Shown: positions 27,577-39,989, counted from the first letter of the stretch. The stretch is 64,000 nt of DNA from Balanoglossus misakiensis (GCA_040954595.2 CM082592.2:62001-126000); one strand, 5' to 3'. Numbers and translations: made by a program. The notes: generated from the sequence alone by a model not told the origin.

Positions 27577-29220
27577 ATGGCGGCCGCACTACAAACGCCC
27601 TTCACAGCCCCAAAGATGGAATGGGACGCGCCAGATCTAGCAATAGCCTTCAGTCGTTTTCGTCAAAAATGTGAGTTAACATTTAAGACAGCACTTAAAG
27701 ATGCTAACGATGAAGAGAAAGCTAGCTACATACTTCTATGGTCCGGTGAACCAGGTCTTGACAAATACAACAGTTGGTCGTTTGAAAATGAAGACCAGCG
27801 GAAAGATCCCACAGTACTATTCGACAAATTTTCCGAACACTTAGAGCTGAAGTCGAATCATCGCATACATAGATACCAATTCCAAGATATGAGACAAGAC
27901 ACTGGAGAACCAGTTGATGATTTCTTTTCGAAATTGAAAAATGAAGCCGCCAAATGCAAATTTGGAGATACAAAAGAACAGGAAGCGAGACTCGTAGATC
28001 AGTTGATATGGGGGATCTGTCACCAAGAAATACAGAAGAAACTTATTGGGCGTGATGAGAACCTGACCTTGAAGGAGGCACTTGATATAGCTAGAGGTCA
28101 CGAAGCCACAACAAAACACATGAAAACGCTCACAGATTGCCAAATTGCTAGTCCCGTGGATAGCAAAGCTGTCAACGCAGTAAAAAGGCAACCCAACAAA
28201 ACACACCCCAAACAATGTAAGCATTGTGGAAAAAAGCATGACACCTCAGTGAAAAGTAACTGCCCAGCATATGGCTCGAAATGCCGAATTTGTGGGAAAC
28301 CTAATCACTGGCAGGCGGTATGCCGTTCCAAAACCAGCTCAAGCGAACCGAAGTCACAGCAGAGACGAGGTGGAAAACCAATCCATAATGTGACACGCTC
28401 GAACAGCAACATGCATCAAATAGATGATGAAGTCCTAGATGTTGGAACTATCGAAATAAATGCATTGGACAACATCAACAGACAAGAAGAAATATACACG
28501 AAACTGACAATCACACAGAGCGAAAAGAAAAGGAAAGTAGCACTGAAATGCAAGATTGATACCGGTGCACAGAGCAATATACTGCCCCTCCGCCATTTCA
28601 AGATCATATTTCCAGAGAAACTGGATAAACACGGAAATCCAAAACGCGGGCACTTGAAGGAAAATAAAACAATCCTTACCGCATATGGAGGTTCCAGAAT
28701 CAAACAGCTTGGCACCATCGTCATTCCATGTGAACATAGAGAGAGGAAAATCAGATGCCTCTTCTATGTAACTGACGCCGCAGGCCCAGCCATTTTAGGG
28801 TTAAAGGCAAGCAGAGCCTTAAACCTGATACAAATAAACTGTTCAGTAGAAGCCATACAAGTGCAGGCGAGCCCAGAGTGCAAGACAGCACAGCCTGGAA
28901 GAAATGTTGAAGTGGAAAAAAGAAAGATGAACGAACAGAAGCCAGCAGGAAGAAACAGAAACCCTACAGATGACTACATAGACAGTAATACACCCATCAG
29001 GGACCGCCCTCCCATAAAGAGCAAAGAACAGTTGCTGAGGATGTACCCTGATTGCTTTGACGACGTGGTCGGATGTTTTGAAAACTACACATACCACATC
29101 ACTCTTGATCCAGAAGTACAACCAGTAGTACACCCTGCCCGCAGAGTTCCATTAGAACTAATGGATAGACTCAAAACCGAGCTACAGGAGATGGAAGATA
29201 AGCAAATCATCGCCAAATGA
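27577..29220 (+). CDS. gag: Gag-protease and start of RT
   Basis: 547 aa. Tandem Cys/His knuckles CKHCGKKH...CPAYGSKCRICGKPNHWQAVC, aspartic protease motif IDTGAQSNI, and pre-RT segment PVVHPARRVP. Confidence 0.93.
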   Translation: MAAALQTPFTAPKMEWDAPDLAIAFSRFRQKCELTFKTALKDANDEEKASYILLWSGEPGLDKYNSWSFENEDQRKDPTVLFDKFSEHLELKSNHRIHRYQFQDMRQDTGEPVDDFFSKLKNEAAKCKFGDTKEQEARLVDQLIWGICHQEIQKKLIGRDENLTLKEALDIARGHEATTKHMKTLTDCQIASPVDSKAVNAVKRQPNKTHPKQCKHCGKKHDTSVKSNCPAYGSKCRICGKPNHWQAVCRSKTSSSEPKSQQRRGGKPIHNVTRSNSNMHQIDDEVLDVGTIEINALDNINRQEEIYTKLTITQSEKKRKVALKCKIDTGAQSNILPLRHFKIIFPEKLDKHGNPKRGHLKENKTILTAYGGSRIKQLGTIVIPCEHRERKIRCLFYVTDAAGPAILGLKASRALNLIQINCSVEAIQVQASPECKTAQPGRNVEVEKRKMNEQKPAGRNRNPTDDYIDSNTPIRDRPPIKSKEQLLRMYPDCFDDVVGCFENYTYHITLDPEVQPVVHPARRVPLELMDRLKTELQEMEDKQIIAK

Positions 29221-31727
29221 ACCAGCCTACGAACTGGGTCAATTCTCTTGTTGTCCGGGAGAAAGACAATGGAAGACTTCGCATTTGTCTGGACCCGAAG
29301 GACTTGAACAAAGCCATTAAAAGGGATCATTACCCTACACCCACATTGGAGGAGATTACCCCAAAGTTGGCAGGCGCAACACTTTTCAGCAAGCTAGACG
29401 CGCGGAACGGATACTGGAATGTAAAGATCGATGAAGAATCATCCTTCCTGACGACCTTTAACACACCATATGGCCGTTACAGATTCCTACGAATGCCATT
29501 TGGGCTAAGGATGAGCCAAGATGTGTTTCAATTCAAAATTGATGAAACATACAGAGAGTGTGAAGGTGCAGTCGGCATTGCAGACGATATACAAGTCTTC
29601 GGATCAGGGGAGCGACACCATGACCTGCATCTACACGAAGCCATGGAACGAACCAGGAAAGCAGGCATTAAACTGAACAAAGAGAAATGCTACATCAAGA
29701 CAAAAGAATGTAGTTTCTTTGGCATGTTATACACAGAAGACGGAGTTAAACCCAACCCAGAAAAGGTCAAGGCGATAGAGATGATGCATCCGCCTAGAGA
29801 CAAAACCGAACTGCGCACATTCCTCGGAATGTTGAACTACATGGGTTCATTCATACCCAGATTAGCTGAACACACAGCACCACTGAGAGAGCTCATCAGA
29901 GACGACACTGAGTTTGAGTGGTCTCCGACACACACAAAGTCTTTCAATATGATCAAGGACCTGATCAGCACAAAGACTACACTTGCTTACTACGACCGTA
30001 AGAAGCCTGTCACTCTACAAGTCGACGCATCGGAAAAGGGAATCGGAGCGGTGCTCATACAGGAACAGAGACCTATAGCATTTGCGTCCAAGGCCCTGAC
30101 ACCAGCGGAAACCCGATACGCCAATATAGAAAGAGAACTACTCGCGGTAGTCTACGGATGCGAGAAGTTTCGCACATATCTCTACGGCAGAAGTTTCATA
30201 GTAGAGAGTGATCATCGACCGTTGGAGCAAATTCAGAGGAAGAATTTGACCAAGGCACCATCCCGATTACAGAGAATGCTGTTGCGCATACAGCCGTATG
30301 ATTTCACCATACACTACAAGCCAGGCAAACAGATGATACTCGCCGACGCACTATCTAGACTGTCACCGCAAGATCAGAACGAAATCAGTGACATGAAAGT
30401 CCAGATACACCACCTGGTGAAGATCACACCAATGAGACAGATGGAGATCAAAGAAGAAACTACCAAAGATGAAATTCTTCAATTATTGATCCAGCAAGTC
30501 CTGAAAGGATGGCCAGATAGCATCAAGGACATTCACGCTGATATTCGACCCTATTGGTCTATTCGAGACGATATCGCTATCGAAGATGGTATTGTCCTGA
30601 TAGGCAGCCGACTCCTCATACCAGCAGTAATGAGAGATGAAATGCTACAACGCATTCATAGCAGTCACCTGGGGATCGAGAAATGCAAGCTGAGAGCCAG
30701 ATCCAGCGTGTACTGGCCAGGAATTTATAAAGATATAGAGAGACTAGTAACAGGATGCAACGCGTGCCAGAAATTCCAGAATTCCCAGCAGAAGGAACCG
30801 ATGATTCCAATGGAAATTCCACCACGACCGTGGCACACAATTGGAGCAGACCTATTCTACGTGAACCAAACATGGTACATGATAGTTGCTGACTACTACT
30901 CCAAGTTCCCCTTTATTAGGAAACTTGAAGACCTCAGAGCCAGTACCATTATGAGAGCCCTCCGAGTTCTATTTGCAGAGCAAGGAATACCCGAGAAACT
31001 AGTTTGTGACAACGGATCTCAGTTTACAGCTAGAGACTTCCACAGCCTAACTGAGAAATATGGTTTTGCGATAGTCACATCATCACCATACTATCCCAAA
31101 GGGCACTGTTTTATCGAGCGACATGTACAGACCGTGAAGAACATCCTGATGAAGTGCAAAGAGTCCGGAGATGATCCGAATCTAGCATTGTTGGCACTTC
31201 GCACGACTCCATTGAAGTCCAACATACCATCACCAGCTGAGTTGCTGAACAGCAGAGCATACAAGACAACTCTCCCAGCCAAAATTCACCCAGCAAGAAA
31301 CGGGGAGGAAGTTCGTCAATACCTGACATCTCAACAGCAGGCCCAGACTTCCAGCCACGACCAGCACTCCAGACAACTACCAGAATTGCTGACAGGTCAA
31401 CAAGTCCATATACAAAACCCAATCAGCAAAACATGGAGTCCAGCGAGAGTTGTAGCCCCAGCAAACACACCTAGGTCCTACACCGTGAAGTTAGACAACG
31501 GGAAACAAATGCGACGCAACAGGATCCACCTGAAACCAGTCAGCGCAGAACTGAAACCAGCACAGACAGGGATGGATCAACACAATATTGCACCAGCAGT
31601 CACAGAGGGAACACCGCCTCAACAACCCGCAATGCCAGCGTCACCAGCCCAAGAATCGTTGAGATCAACACGAACCAGAACAAACATACAAAAGCCGTCT
31701 CGATACAAAGACTATGTGACTGATTGA
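29217..31727 (+). CDS. pol: Pol: reverse transcriptase, RNase H, integrase
   Basis: 836 aa. RT motifs LRICLDPKDLN, RMPFGL, IADD; RNase H motifs VDAS, ERELLAV, SDHRPL; integrase HHCC (HSSH..CNAC) and D-D-E (GADLF, DNGSQF, IERHVQT). Confidence 0.96.
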   Translation: MNQPTNWVNSLVVREKDNGRLRICLDPKDLNKAIKRDHYPTPTLEEITPKLAGATLFSKLDARNGYWNVKIDEESSFLTTFNTPYGRYRFLRMPFGLRMSQDVFQFKIDETYRECEGAVGIADDIQVFGSGERHHDLHLHEAMERTRKAGIKLNKEKCYIKTKECSFFGMLYTEDGVKPNPEKVKAIEMMHPPRDKTELRTFLGMLNYMGSFIPRLAEHTAPLRELIRDDTEFEWSPTHTKSFNMIKDLISTKTTLAYYDRKKPVTLQVDASEKGIGAVLIQEQRPIAFASKALTPAETRYANIERELLAVVYGCEKFRTYLYGRSFIVESDHRPLEQIQRKNLTKAPSRLQRMLLRIQPYDFTIHYKPGKQMILADALSRLSPQDQNEISDMKVQIHHLVKITPMRQMEIKEETTKDEILQLLIQQVLKGWPDSIKDIHADIRPYWSIRDDIAIEDGIVLIGSRLLIPAVMRDEMLQRIHSSHLGIEKCKLRARSSVYWPGIYKDIERLVTGCNACQKFQNSQQKEPMIPMEIPPRPWHTIGADLFYVNQTWYMIVADYYSKFPFIRKLEDLRASTIMRALRVLFAEQGIPEKLVCDNGSQFTARDFHSLTEKYGFAIVTSSPYYPKGHCFIERHVQTVKNILMKCKESGDDPNLALLALRTTPLKSNIPSPAELLNSRAYKTTLPAKIHPARNGEEVRQYLTSQQQAQTSSHDQHSRQLPELLTGQQVHIQNPISKTWSPARVVAPANTPRSYTVKLDNGKQMRRNRIHLKPVSAELKPAQTGMDQHNIAPAVTEGTPPQQPAMPASPAQESLRSTRTRTNIQKPSRYKDYVTD

Positions 31728-31934
31728 TAGCTTTTTCTGATATTGAGATACGCCATTTGTTCCACAGAAAGTTGAGTTAAAAAGAGGAAAATTTATCACA
31801 TTTTTCCCAGAGTATTTTTCATGTTCGTTGCGTTTGATTTTGACAAAGACTGATTCAAGATGAATGCAGAGTTTGCACAGGACAATTCACAGTGACATTC
31901 GTATTCAAAAAAGAGTTTTGAAACAATTTATCTT

Positions 31935-32151
31935 AAAGAAGAGGGGATGTAGTATTCTGATAACTACGATCAATATAGCGCCCTCTAGTGTTGCATTGTT
32001 GGTGTTCCACTTGTTTATGAATTGCTGTACGACGTCACTTCCGCCCAGATTAGGCGAAGCACATTGTTGAGTCTTTTCAGCCGATCAATAAATAGGTTGT
32101 TGTTATACCTAAAGATCGCATTATTATTCCCATGTTGATGGAAACATAACA
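31935..32151 (+). repeat. Polypurine tract (31935-31947) and 3' LTR (31948-32151)
   Basis: aaagaagagggga immediately precedes tgtagtattctg. Confidence 0.95.
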
Positions 32152-35100
32152 ATCATCCGAGTACTTTTCCCAGCATGCAGTTGCCAAGAAGGCTGCACAG
32201 GGAGTTTTTAATTTTGCACTGGTATACAATTTTTTTATTCGTCAATTTCACAGACACGTGCATTGCACATCAAAATTTTGCGTCAAAAGTGAGGACAACT
32301 TAACTAGGTACCAATGCAATGTGGTTTTAGGCGGATTTGAACTTTTCCTTTAATGTAACAGTTGTATTGACATGCGATTATCATACTGAACATGAATCAA
32401 TCTCAAAATTGCTAAAAATAAAATAATTCAGAACATTTAGATTCTACAATGGTGAAAAAATATGACAAACCTCCCAAAATTCTTATTTTTGACGCCATTT
32501 TACAAAAATCTACGAGCCTGGCAAAATCTGACAGAGGTGCTAGATAAAGGGCACTTTTTCAAAACTCTAGATGGTTGACCCCAAGTATGCTTATTTGGTT
32601 AAATTTTAAAAGGAAATCACCCGCTGTTTTAGAGTTAATATTGCGAAAGGGACTTCATAAGTTGTCTGAAAACACCAGTTTCCCCAATTTTCACTAATGT
32701 ATAGGAATACTTGAGAAGTCGGCCAGTACGCGCGTATGAGAAGTCGGCCAGTACGAGAAGTCGGCCAGTTGTTGAACTTGTACCCGAATAGTGCAGTGAT
32801 GACCCAGATTACTTATAACAACACTTAATAAAATATAATTGCACTAAATATTTTCATTTGGACGGATTTCCCAAATTCTTGACAACACAATGGCGTCATT
32901 TCAAATAATGGCGTCTGGCATCCGTACCGGTTCGCCAGCCCCGTATCCACGTAAGGAGCTTAGGTTGTTCGCCAAATTCCTGTGACATTTCTGATTAAAG
33001 GGAGTTGTTTCAAAGCCTACTAAAATACATAGAAGATGTATGTGTATATTCATACTTTGAGACAAAACCAAACAAACAAACAAACGTGACGAGGAACAGA
33101 CTACTGGCGCAGCGCAAGAAGTGCAGGTGACTGATGTTGACGTACCCCGGTGACGTACATGCAAAGTGAACAGACAGTTTTAAAATTCATCGGCTATTTG
33201 TACAAATATCTCAGCTCCTGTACATCAAGGAAACATTTCGTAGTGAAACAGTTATATATAACACAAAGTACCAGGGTTCTCTCCCACAGGCCGACTTCTC
33301 GTACTGGCCGATACCGACTTCTCATACTGGTCGACTTCTCAGGACACCATGTATAGCATAGCTGTTGAACTCAAAAAATATGTAAAACTACAAGTGATGT
33401 AAACAACTTGTGGAACCATGTTCAAATCGAGACCAGAAGAAAAGAGATTTCAAGACTTACCTCCTTCAACACTTTACTGCCCTGTAGCGCACTGTGTGAC
33501 ACTTGTAGTTGTGCATTCATAACCAGAAGGACGTGGCCGAACCTAGCGAGTATGAACCTATCACAGAAAAAATTCAAAGAACGATTGGTTTGGTCCAACG
33601 ATCCCTTATTAGAGAGATGTCCGTAATCACAGGTGTTACTGTACTATACCTCTTCAGTGGAATCATTGTGTTTTTCAAAGTGCATCACAATATCAACTCC
33701 AATGAGCATAACAGTTTAATTTTCTGTGTATGTCATGCTATAACACAGGGAAGTCACAAGAGTGATTTGCAGCCCAACTTACCAGTAACTGTTGAACAAT
33801 CAACTACGGGTGACATGGTTGGACACTTGGATCCTGCTGGACAAGGCGTGCATGTGCCGTCGCCTTCCATAGCATATTCACCATTGCCACAGTCAAGCGG
33901 ATCTTACATTGAATCTGTACACGATTGTCCAGCAGGGCACAGAAGACGGGATGTGCGTGCAGGCTCCGCACTTATTTCATCTGATTAAAGAAAATGAGGT
34001 TTTTAGTGAAGTATTTGTGATACAGTGTCATTTAAAATAACAAATTACTTGAGATGATTCACTTCATAATTCTGAGACAAGTATACAGGCATGTAGAAAA
34101 TTCTTTGGAGGACATTAAATGTCATTTCTAATCAACCATTTTCTGAATATCATAAGACTCTGCGAGATCTCACATGGCTAACCGGGTCTCGCAAGATCTC
34201 GCACTGAGTTGATAATCTGTTGTAAACACATACATACATACATACACACACACAAACATAACCCCAGTCGCACTGACTTGAAAATCTGTTGTAAACACAT
34301 ACATGCATACACACCTACCCCTCAGTTTCATCACACAGCAAACTGAACAAGTACCACAATCTTACCATTTGTACATCTGGTACAGTTTGTTGCACCAGCC
34401 AATGACACGTAACCCTTGGTACACTTGAATTGCGATGCACTGGGATCTGTGCAGGCGTACCCTTGCTCACAAATAGTACACTGTTCAGCACCGGCTGATC
34501 TGTAAATCAAACAAAGAATTTACACACCAAGTTAACCTTTGAATACCACTGTAAAAAATTGGCGCAAATTTTAATTATTTTCATAAATAGAGGTCTATTC
34601 AAATTTGATGTTGGAAATAAAGGTGGGTGGGTAGAAGTTTACCTGTTATGCAAGAGGTACAGCGAGACATCCTTTGTCCAAGGCCGAACTGTAATAACCA
34701 GCCGAGCATAAAAAAGTGTTACCATTTGGACAATGGTTACCAGCTTGGCAATCAGCACATGATGTTTGTGCTGAAAATAAACAGAGATTTATAGAATCTT
34801 ATAGTCACAGTCATACCTTCAAAGACGTGGGATTCTCACGCGGGTTTGGGAGACATAAATCCCTGGCAAAAGATTGAGGACAGGAAAATGCCAAACCAGA
34901 GATATTGGTAACAGAAACTGTATACAGTCAATGCCATATTGCAGTGTGCTGTTCTAACAACAGACAATAATGTGACGATCATAGTCTGTGTCGGAGATTT
35001 GGAAAAGAGCAAATTCGGTGAAAAGACGGGACAAAACAAAAGTCTACTTATACGATGCACATGAAAACTGGATGAAAGCGAAGCAGTCCACTATTTGAAT

Positions 35101-35214
35101 GCATTGGATGTAAAATTGGCAGAATATTTGGACTGGACATAATGTTTGTACGCACAGAATTAGGCACATGCACATAAGATAATCGTCCGCCTAAGTGAAA
35201 GATTACACAGTAAT

Positions 35215-38200
35215 ACCGTGGCCGAAATCGACACACTGTGTAGGTTTCAAACCTACACTGTCCCTTTGCTACAAAATGCGCGCGTACGGTGTAGGTTTCA
35301 AACCTACACTGCCCTTTGCTACAAAATGCGCGCGTACGGTGTAGGTTTCAAACCTACACTGCCCTTTGCTACAAAATGCGCGCGTACGGTGTAGGTTTCA
35401 AACCTACACTGTCTCTTTGCTAGAAAATGCGCGCGTACGGTGTAGGTTTCAAACCTACACTGTCCCTTTGCTAGAAAATGCGCGCGTACGGTGTAGGTTT
35501 CAAACCTACACTGTCCCTTTGGTGAAACTTTTACATTTTACATAAACCATAACAAACTATATATTTTCAGAAAGGTCTCGGCGAGTTCTATAACATACTA
35601 CAATTTGACCAACTTTGAACTTGACCTTGAAAAGTTATTGCGGAAAAACCTATTGAAAAAAACATACTTTTTAGGGTACACGGTGTCACCCCCTTAATAT
35701 AGTTGGAAACCACTGAAAATTACAGGATAGATTGATAATAAGTTGTTTTAATGTGGTGTGGTGAAAAAATTTTGAAATTCGAAGGTCAAGGTCAACTTCG
35801 CCATTGCTTATAGTTGTTGGTTTACCTATGTCGGATTTCATTATCCTTTGACCTTTGACCTCGAAATTTGGTACACAAGTAGAGTGTCTATCTATAAACT
35901 CTTGACAAAAGTTACAATTAAATATTTTAACATAAAAGCACTTTTTTGACCAAAAAGCAAACTTCTGTAAATTAGCTGTAAATTAGCTTTTTTTAAATAT
36001 ACACTTTGCTTTTTTAAGATTATTTTTTTATTTTAAGCATTTCAGAGATGAAACTTTCCAGAAACCATCATGAGATGTTCTAGAATATAAAAAATTTTAC
36101 ACTTTTGAGATTGGACGCCATTAAGTATTCCAAATGTTGTAGCAAAATAGACTGAAATAATGCCCATAGACTTAACATGTATAAAAACAAAAGAATACTT
36201 TTTTTGGACACTTGGACATTAGAGACCCTATCCTAAAATTTAAAATAAAGGAGCTTAAGAGCTGATTTTTCCAGGAATGATAGACATTTAAATTCTCTAT
36301 TCTGGGGTACCTTAATATCTAAGAAATGTAGACAAGAAGTTATAAAAATATAATTATGAAACAAAATGTTTGTGCCCCATAGGCTTTACACTGTAGAAAA
36401 CAGGGTGTCATAGGTAAAAAATTAGGAAAGTAAGAAAACATGTCATTTAAAGCTTGTAATTTTCATAGACTGTTAAGAACATGTTGGGATACTACCTACA
36501 TTTTTTTAAAGTTGTTACATGTACAGCAATGCCAGTAACTATGGATACAAACTAGGTAATTCAGAAACCTCATATAGAACTGTGACATCACTTTACTTTT
36601 GCCACACCTGTTTATTTATTATTAAAGATTTAACATTGGGTCTTCAATATGTTTTAGAGTAATAGTTGGAGATCTCAAAACAGTTTACACTTTAAAGATA
36701 GACCCACTCCAAGTGTTACAGTAGTGTTGCAAACATTGGCTAAAACTTACATATTTTCTGTGTGAAATTTATGAATTACCTAGTTTGTATCAATAGTTTA
36801 TGGCATTACAGCACAGGTAACAACTTAAAAATAATGTAGGTAGTATCCCAACATGTTCTTAACAGTCTCTGAAAATTACAAGCTTTAAACAACATGTTTT
36901 CATACTTTACTAATTTTTTACCTATGACACCCTGTTTTCTACAGTGTTAATCCTATGGGGCACAAACATATTGTTTCATAATTATATTTTTTATAACTTC
37001 CTGTTTGAATTTGAAAAACAACATTTCCCCTACAGCATAGAGAATTAAAAGGTTTATCTATTCTGAAAAAAATAGAACTTAAGCTTCTTTTGAAAAGATT
37101 TTACAGCAATTTCTAAACTTCAGTGATTCACCCTATACTTTAACATGATTGTAGACATAAGATCCACTTTAACATCACTTTACTTTTGGCACACCTGTTT
37201 ATTTATTCTTAAAGATTTCACATCGGGTCTTCAATATGTTTTAGAGTAATAATTGGCGATCTCAAAACAGCTTACACTTTAAAGATAGACCCACTCCAAG
37301 TGTTACAGTAGTGTTGCAAACATTACCTAGAAACAGTGATTCACCCTATACTTTAACATGCATGTAAACAAAGAATCATTGTATCACCAGATCGCCAGGG
37401 ATTTCGTGCGAGTGCTCCTTTAATTTCAGCATTTTTAGCGAAAGCTTATTACCGTTAGATAGCCTATATTCTAAGGTATTGAACCATGTATAACATGTGT
37501 AGAAATGTGCGAGGAAATTCGTAGAATACAACATGTTCGCCAGTTTGGCATGAACCGGAAGTCATATCGTAATTGCACAATTTTACGAGATCGGCAGCGA
37601 TTTCGGGCGAGCGCTCGTTTAATTTCTGCTTTTCGAGAAAACAATTATAGCGGTTAGAGACCCAATAATCTTAGCTCTTGAACGATGTATAACATGTGTA
37701 TATATGTGCGAGATTATTCGTAGAACGAGAGCAAAATCGCATAGAGGAGGTGTGAAAAAAACAATTTTTAAAAAAGGTCATTTTCAACAAATTATATGTT
37801 TTGTTTGATAGCCTATAAAAAAATAAGTTGAGTGTGGTTGAGTATGATTTTTTAATGGTTGTAAAAGGAGAAGTTTTGCTCTCTAAAACTGTTTTCAGAA
37901 TGAAAATCGGACATCATTAAGCAGTCAAAAAAAATTATTGAAAAAGTATGGGCATTGTGAGACTTGATGTTGGGCATACGGGGACTTGAAGTTGGGCATT
38001 CGGGGACTTGAAGTTGGGCATTAGGGGACTTGAAGTTGGGCATTAGGGGACTCAGGTCCCTCAATGCCCAACTTCAAGTCCTAACCCTGGACACTACTTG
38101 AAACCCAGGGGGAAACCTACACTTGCTTTTTTCGTTTCACCAAAGGGACAGTGTAGGTTTGAAACCTACACGGTACGCGCGCATTTTGTAGCAAAGGGAC

Positions 38201-38398
38201 AGTGTAGGTTTGAAACCTACACCGTACGCGCGCATTTTGTAGCAAAGGGACAGTGTAGGTTTGAAACCTACACCGTACGCGCGCATTTTGTAGCAAAGGG
38301 ACAGTGTAGGTTTGAAACCTACACCGCACGCGCGCATTTTGTAGCAAAGGGACAGTGTAGGTTTGAAACCTACACCGTGTGTCGATTTCGGCCACGGT
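35215..38398. mobile_element. Foldback-type non-autonomous DNA transposon with tandem-repeat TIR arms, copy B only
   Basis: Termini ACCGTGGCCGAAATCGACAC / GTGTCGATTTCGGCCACGGT. ACAGTAAT is duplicated at 35207-35214 and 38399-38406 and single at ~11235. Arms are 50-51 bp repeats. No transposase ORF. Confidence 0.92.
37950..38082. repeat. ~21-22-bp minisatellite inside the foldback element
   Basis: gggcatt(a/c)ggggacttgaagtt occurs ~4-5 times, with an inverted copy at ~38063. Confidence 0.8.
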
Positions 38399-39286
38399 AC
38401 AGTAATGCCCAAACTTTAAGTGCTGACTCACCATTTATATTAGTGTAGTATCCATCTTCACACACCTCTGGCTCCGACATACCATCATATTGGCACTTAT
38501 ACCCAGGGCAGGACAAGGCGTACAGTCTATACTTCCATTGTTGGCAAAATATCCCTGTCCGCATTGTGTTGGTGATGAGAGGCTGGCTGTTCCACACATG
38601 AAACCCTTGGACACAGCGTGCATGCTTCAGAACATGCTGAACGGTAACTTCCAACTGCGCAGTCCTGTAGGAGTAAAGACGTCAAATATTAGGGAGGTTT
38701 AAGAGCCCTCTAGCCAGCAAACTTCATCAAGGATGTACGCGCAGAACATAAACTGGAAACACTGCGCGCCCGGTCTTTTTCCCATAGGATTACATTGATA
38801 ATCGCCAGAAAACAAACTTCTACTATTGTCATTTTCACGAAATTTTACACATAGCTCAGTCCAGCAAATATAAATTCATTGGTCAAATAAAATATAGGCG
38901 TCACCGCGCTCTTTTTTGAGATAAATTGCGTTAAGAATTTTGCCCATAGACAAACCATTGGTGAAAAATGCTGAGTCAGCAGATTTCTTCTATTATCGAC
39001 CAAATTCATGGCTCTGTATTTCAAAAACAAGCCCAGTGACCCCTATATTTTATTACGGATTTTCATTATACATACAAAGGAGAATAAAAAAATCCACAAT
39101 TAAAAAAAATGATAATACTTTCAATTTTACTGAACGTACATCCTTAATGTTACTTAATATGTAGTGGAGCACCAAAACCCAAATTTTCATATCGATTGTG
39201 TATTTTGTGATAAAAGCACCAAACTTGGCTCAGATGTGTGTTAATGTGTACTGAACGAATTCAGATAGCGAGTCACTAAATATCTG

Positions 39287-39713
39287 TAGTCTCGGTTACC
39301 CAGAGCCCTCTGCTTCTTCCGTTAGGCACTCCAGAAAGAGGGTCTGGGGAAACCCGGTAGGCAAATTGCCGGGCGGAATCGGGACAGCTGCGATGCATGA
39401 CGGGAGCTTAATATTCGGTACGATATTATGATATGACGATATTAGAAAACTATTAACCAAACTTCTCTCTCTCTTTTCAATTTGTAGACAGTTTTAGCAG
39501 GTCTAGCACTACTCAGCATGTTTTCTTTATCGTATGACATACATGTCGGCCGTGAGGTTCGCGCGCAGGACGTCGCCATTTTGGAATATTAAGCTCCCGT
39601 CATGCATCGCAGCTGTCCCGATTCCGCCCGGCGATTTGTCTACCGGGTTTCCCCAGACCCTCTTTCTGGAGTGCCTAACGGAAGAAGCAGAGGGCTCTGG
39701 GTAACCGAGACTA
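39287..39713. mobile_element. MITE with ~130-bp TIRs and 10-bp TSD, copy B only
   Basis: TAGTCTCGGTTACCCAGAGCCC... / ...GGGCTCTGGGTAACCGAGACTA. TAAATATCTG at 39277-39286 and 39714-39723, single at ~12108. Confidence 0.93.
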
Positions 39714-39989
39714 TAAATATCTGTTGAAGAGTTTCCATGTCAACCATTTTTTTTCAAAATGGCCGCCAATACAGATAATCACACCTGTTAAACACCAAAA
39801 TAAATTCAGATTACAATATTTGAAACAAGAAACTACGGAAAGAATGGTTTGCAATAGAACTATGGTTATTAAACTACAAATGTACTTATAAGGGTAACTA
39901 AGGGATCAAAACACAGGTGAAACTTTCAATCCCTGGTTCTCGCATTAGTATAGGTGCTCCCCCCAGTCAAACATTATGGCTAGTTGCGA

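Larger units (their letters stand above)
27264..32151 (+). mobile_element. Full-length Gypsy/Ty3 LTR retrotransposon (Mag-like)
   Basis: TG..CA LTRs at 27264-27466 and 31948-32151. 5-bp TSD ATCAT at 27259-27263 and 32152-32156; the empty site at 6600-6604 has a single ATCAT. PBS and PPT present; gene order gag-PR-RT-RH-IN. Confidence 0.98.
33461..38664 (-). pseudogene. Cys-rich CPAG-repeat pseudogene fragment, copy 2
   Basis: Homologous exons at ~38431-38664, ~34643-34770, ~34366-34499, ~33783-33980 and ~33461-33610 with the same stops and frameshifts. The exon equivalent to 7166-7382 is deleted at the ~32584 junction. Confidence 0.8.

Noticed and set aside
35238-35526. CRISPR-like palindromic repeats (also 38143-38376)
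   Set aside because: The intervening sequences are identical rather than unique spacers, there are no cas genes, the context is eukaryotic, and they form the inverted arms of a TSD-flanked transposon.
38098-38448. Repetitive ORFs (KGQCRFETYTVRAHFVA)n and antisense equivalents
   Set aside because: A by-product of a 51-bp (multiple of 3) non-coding repeat.
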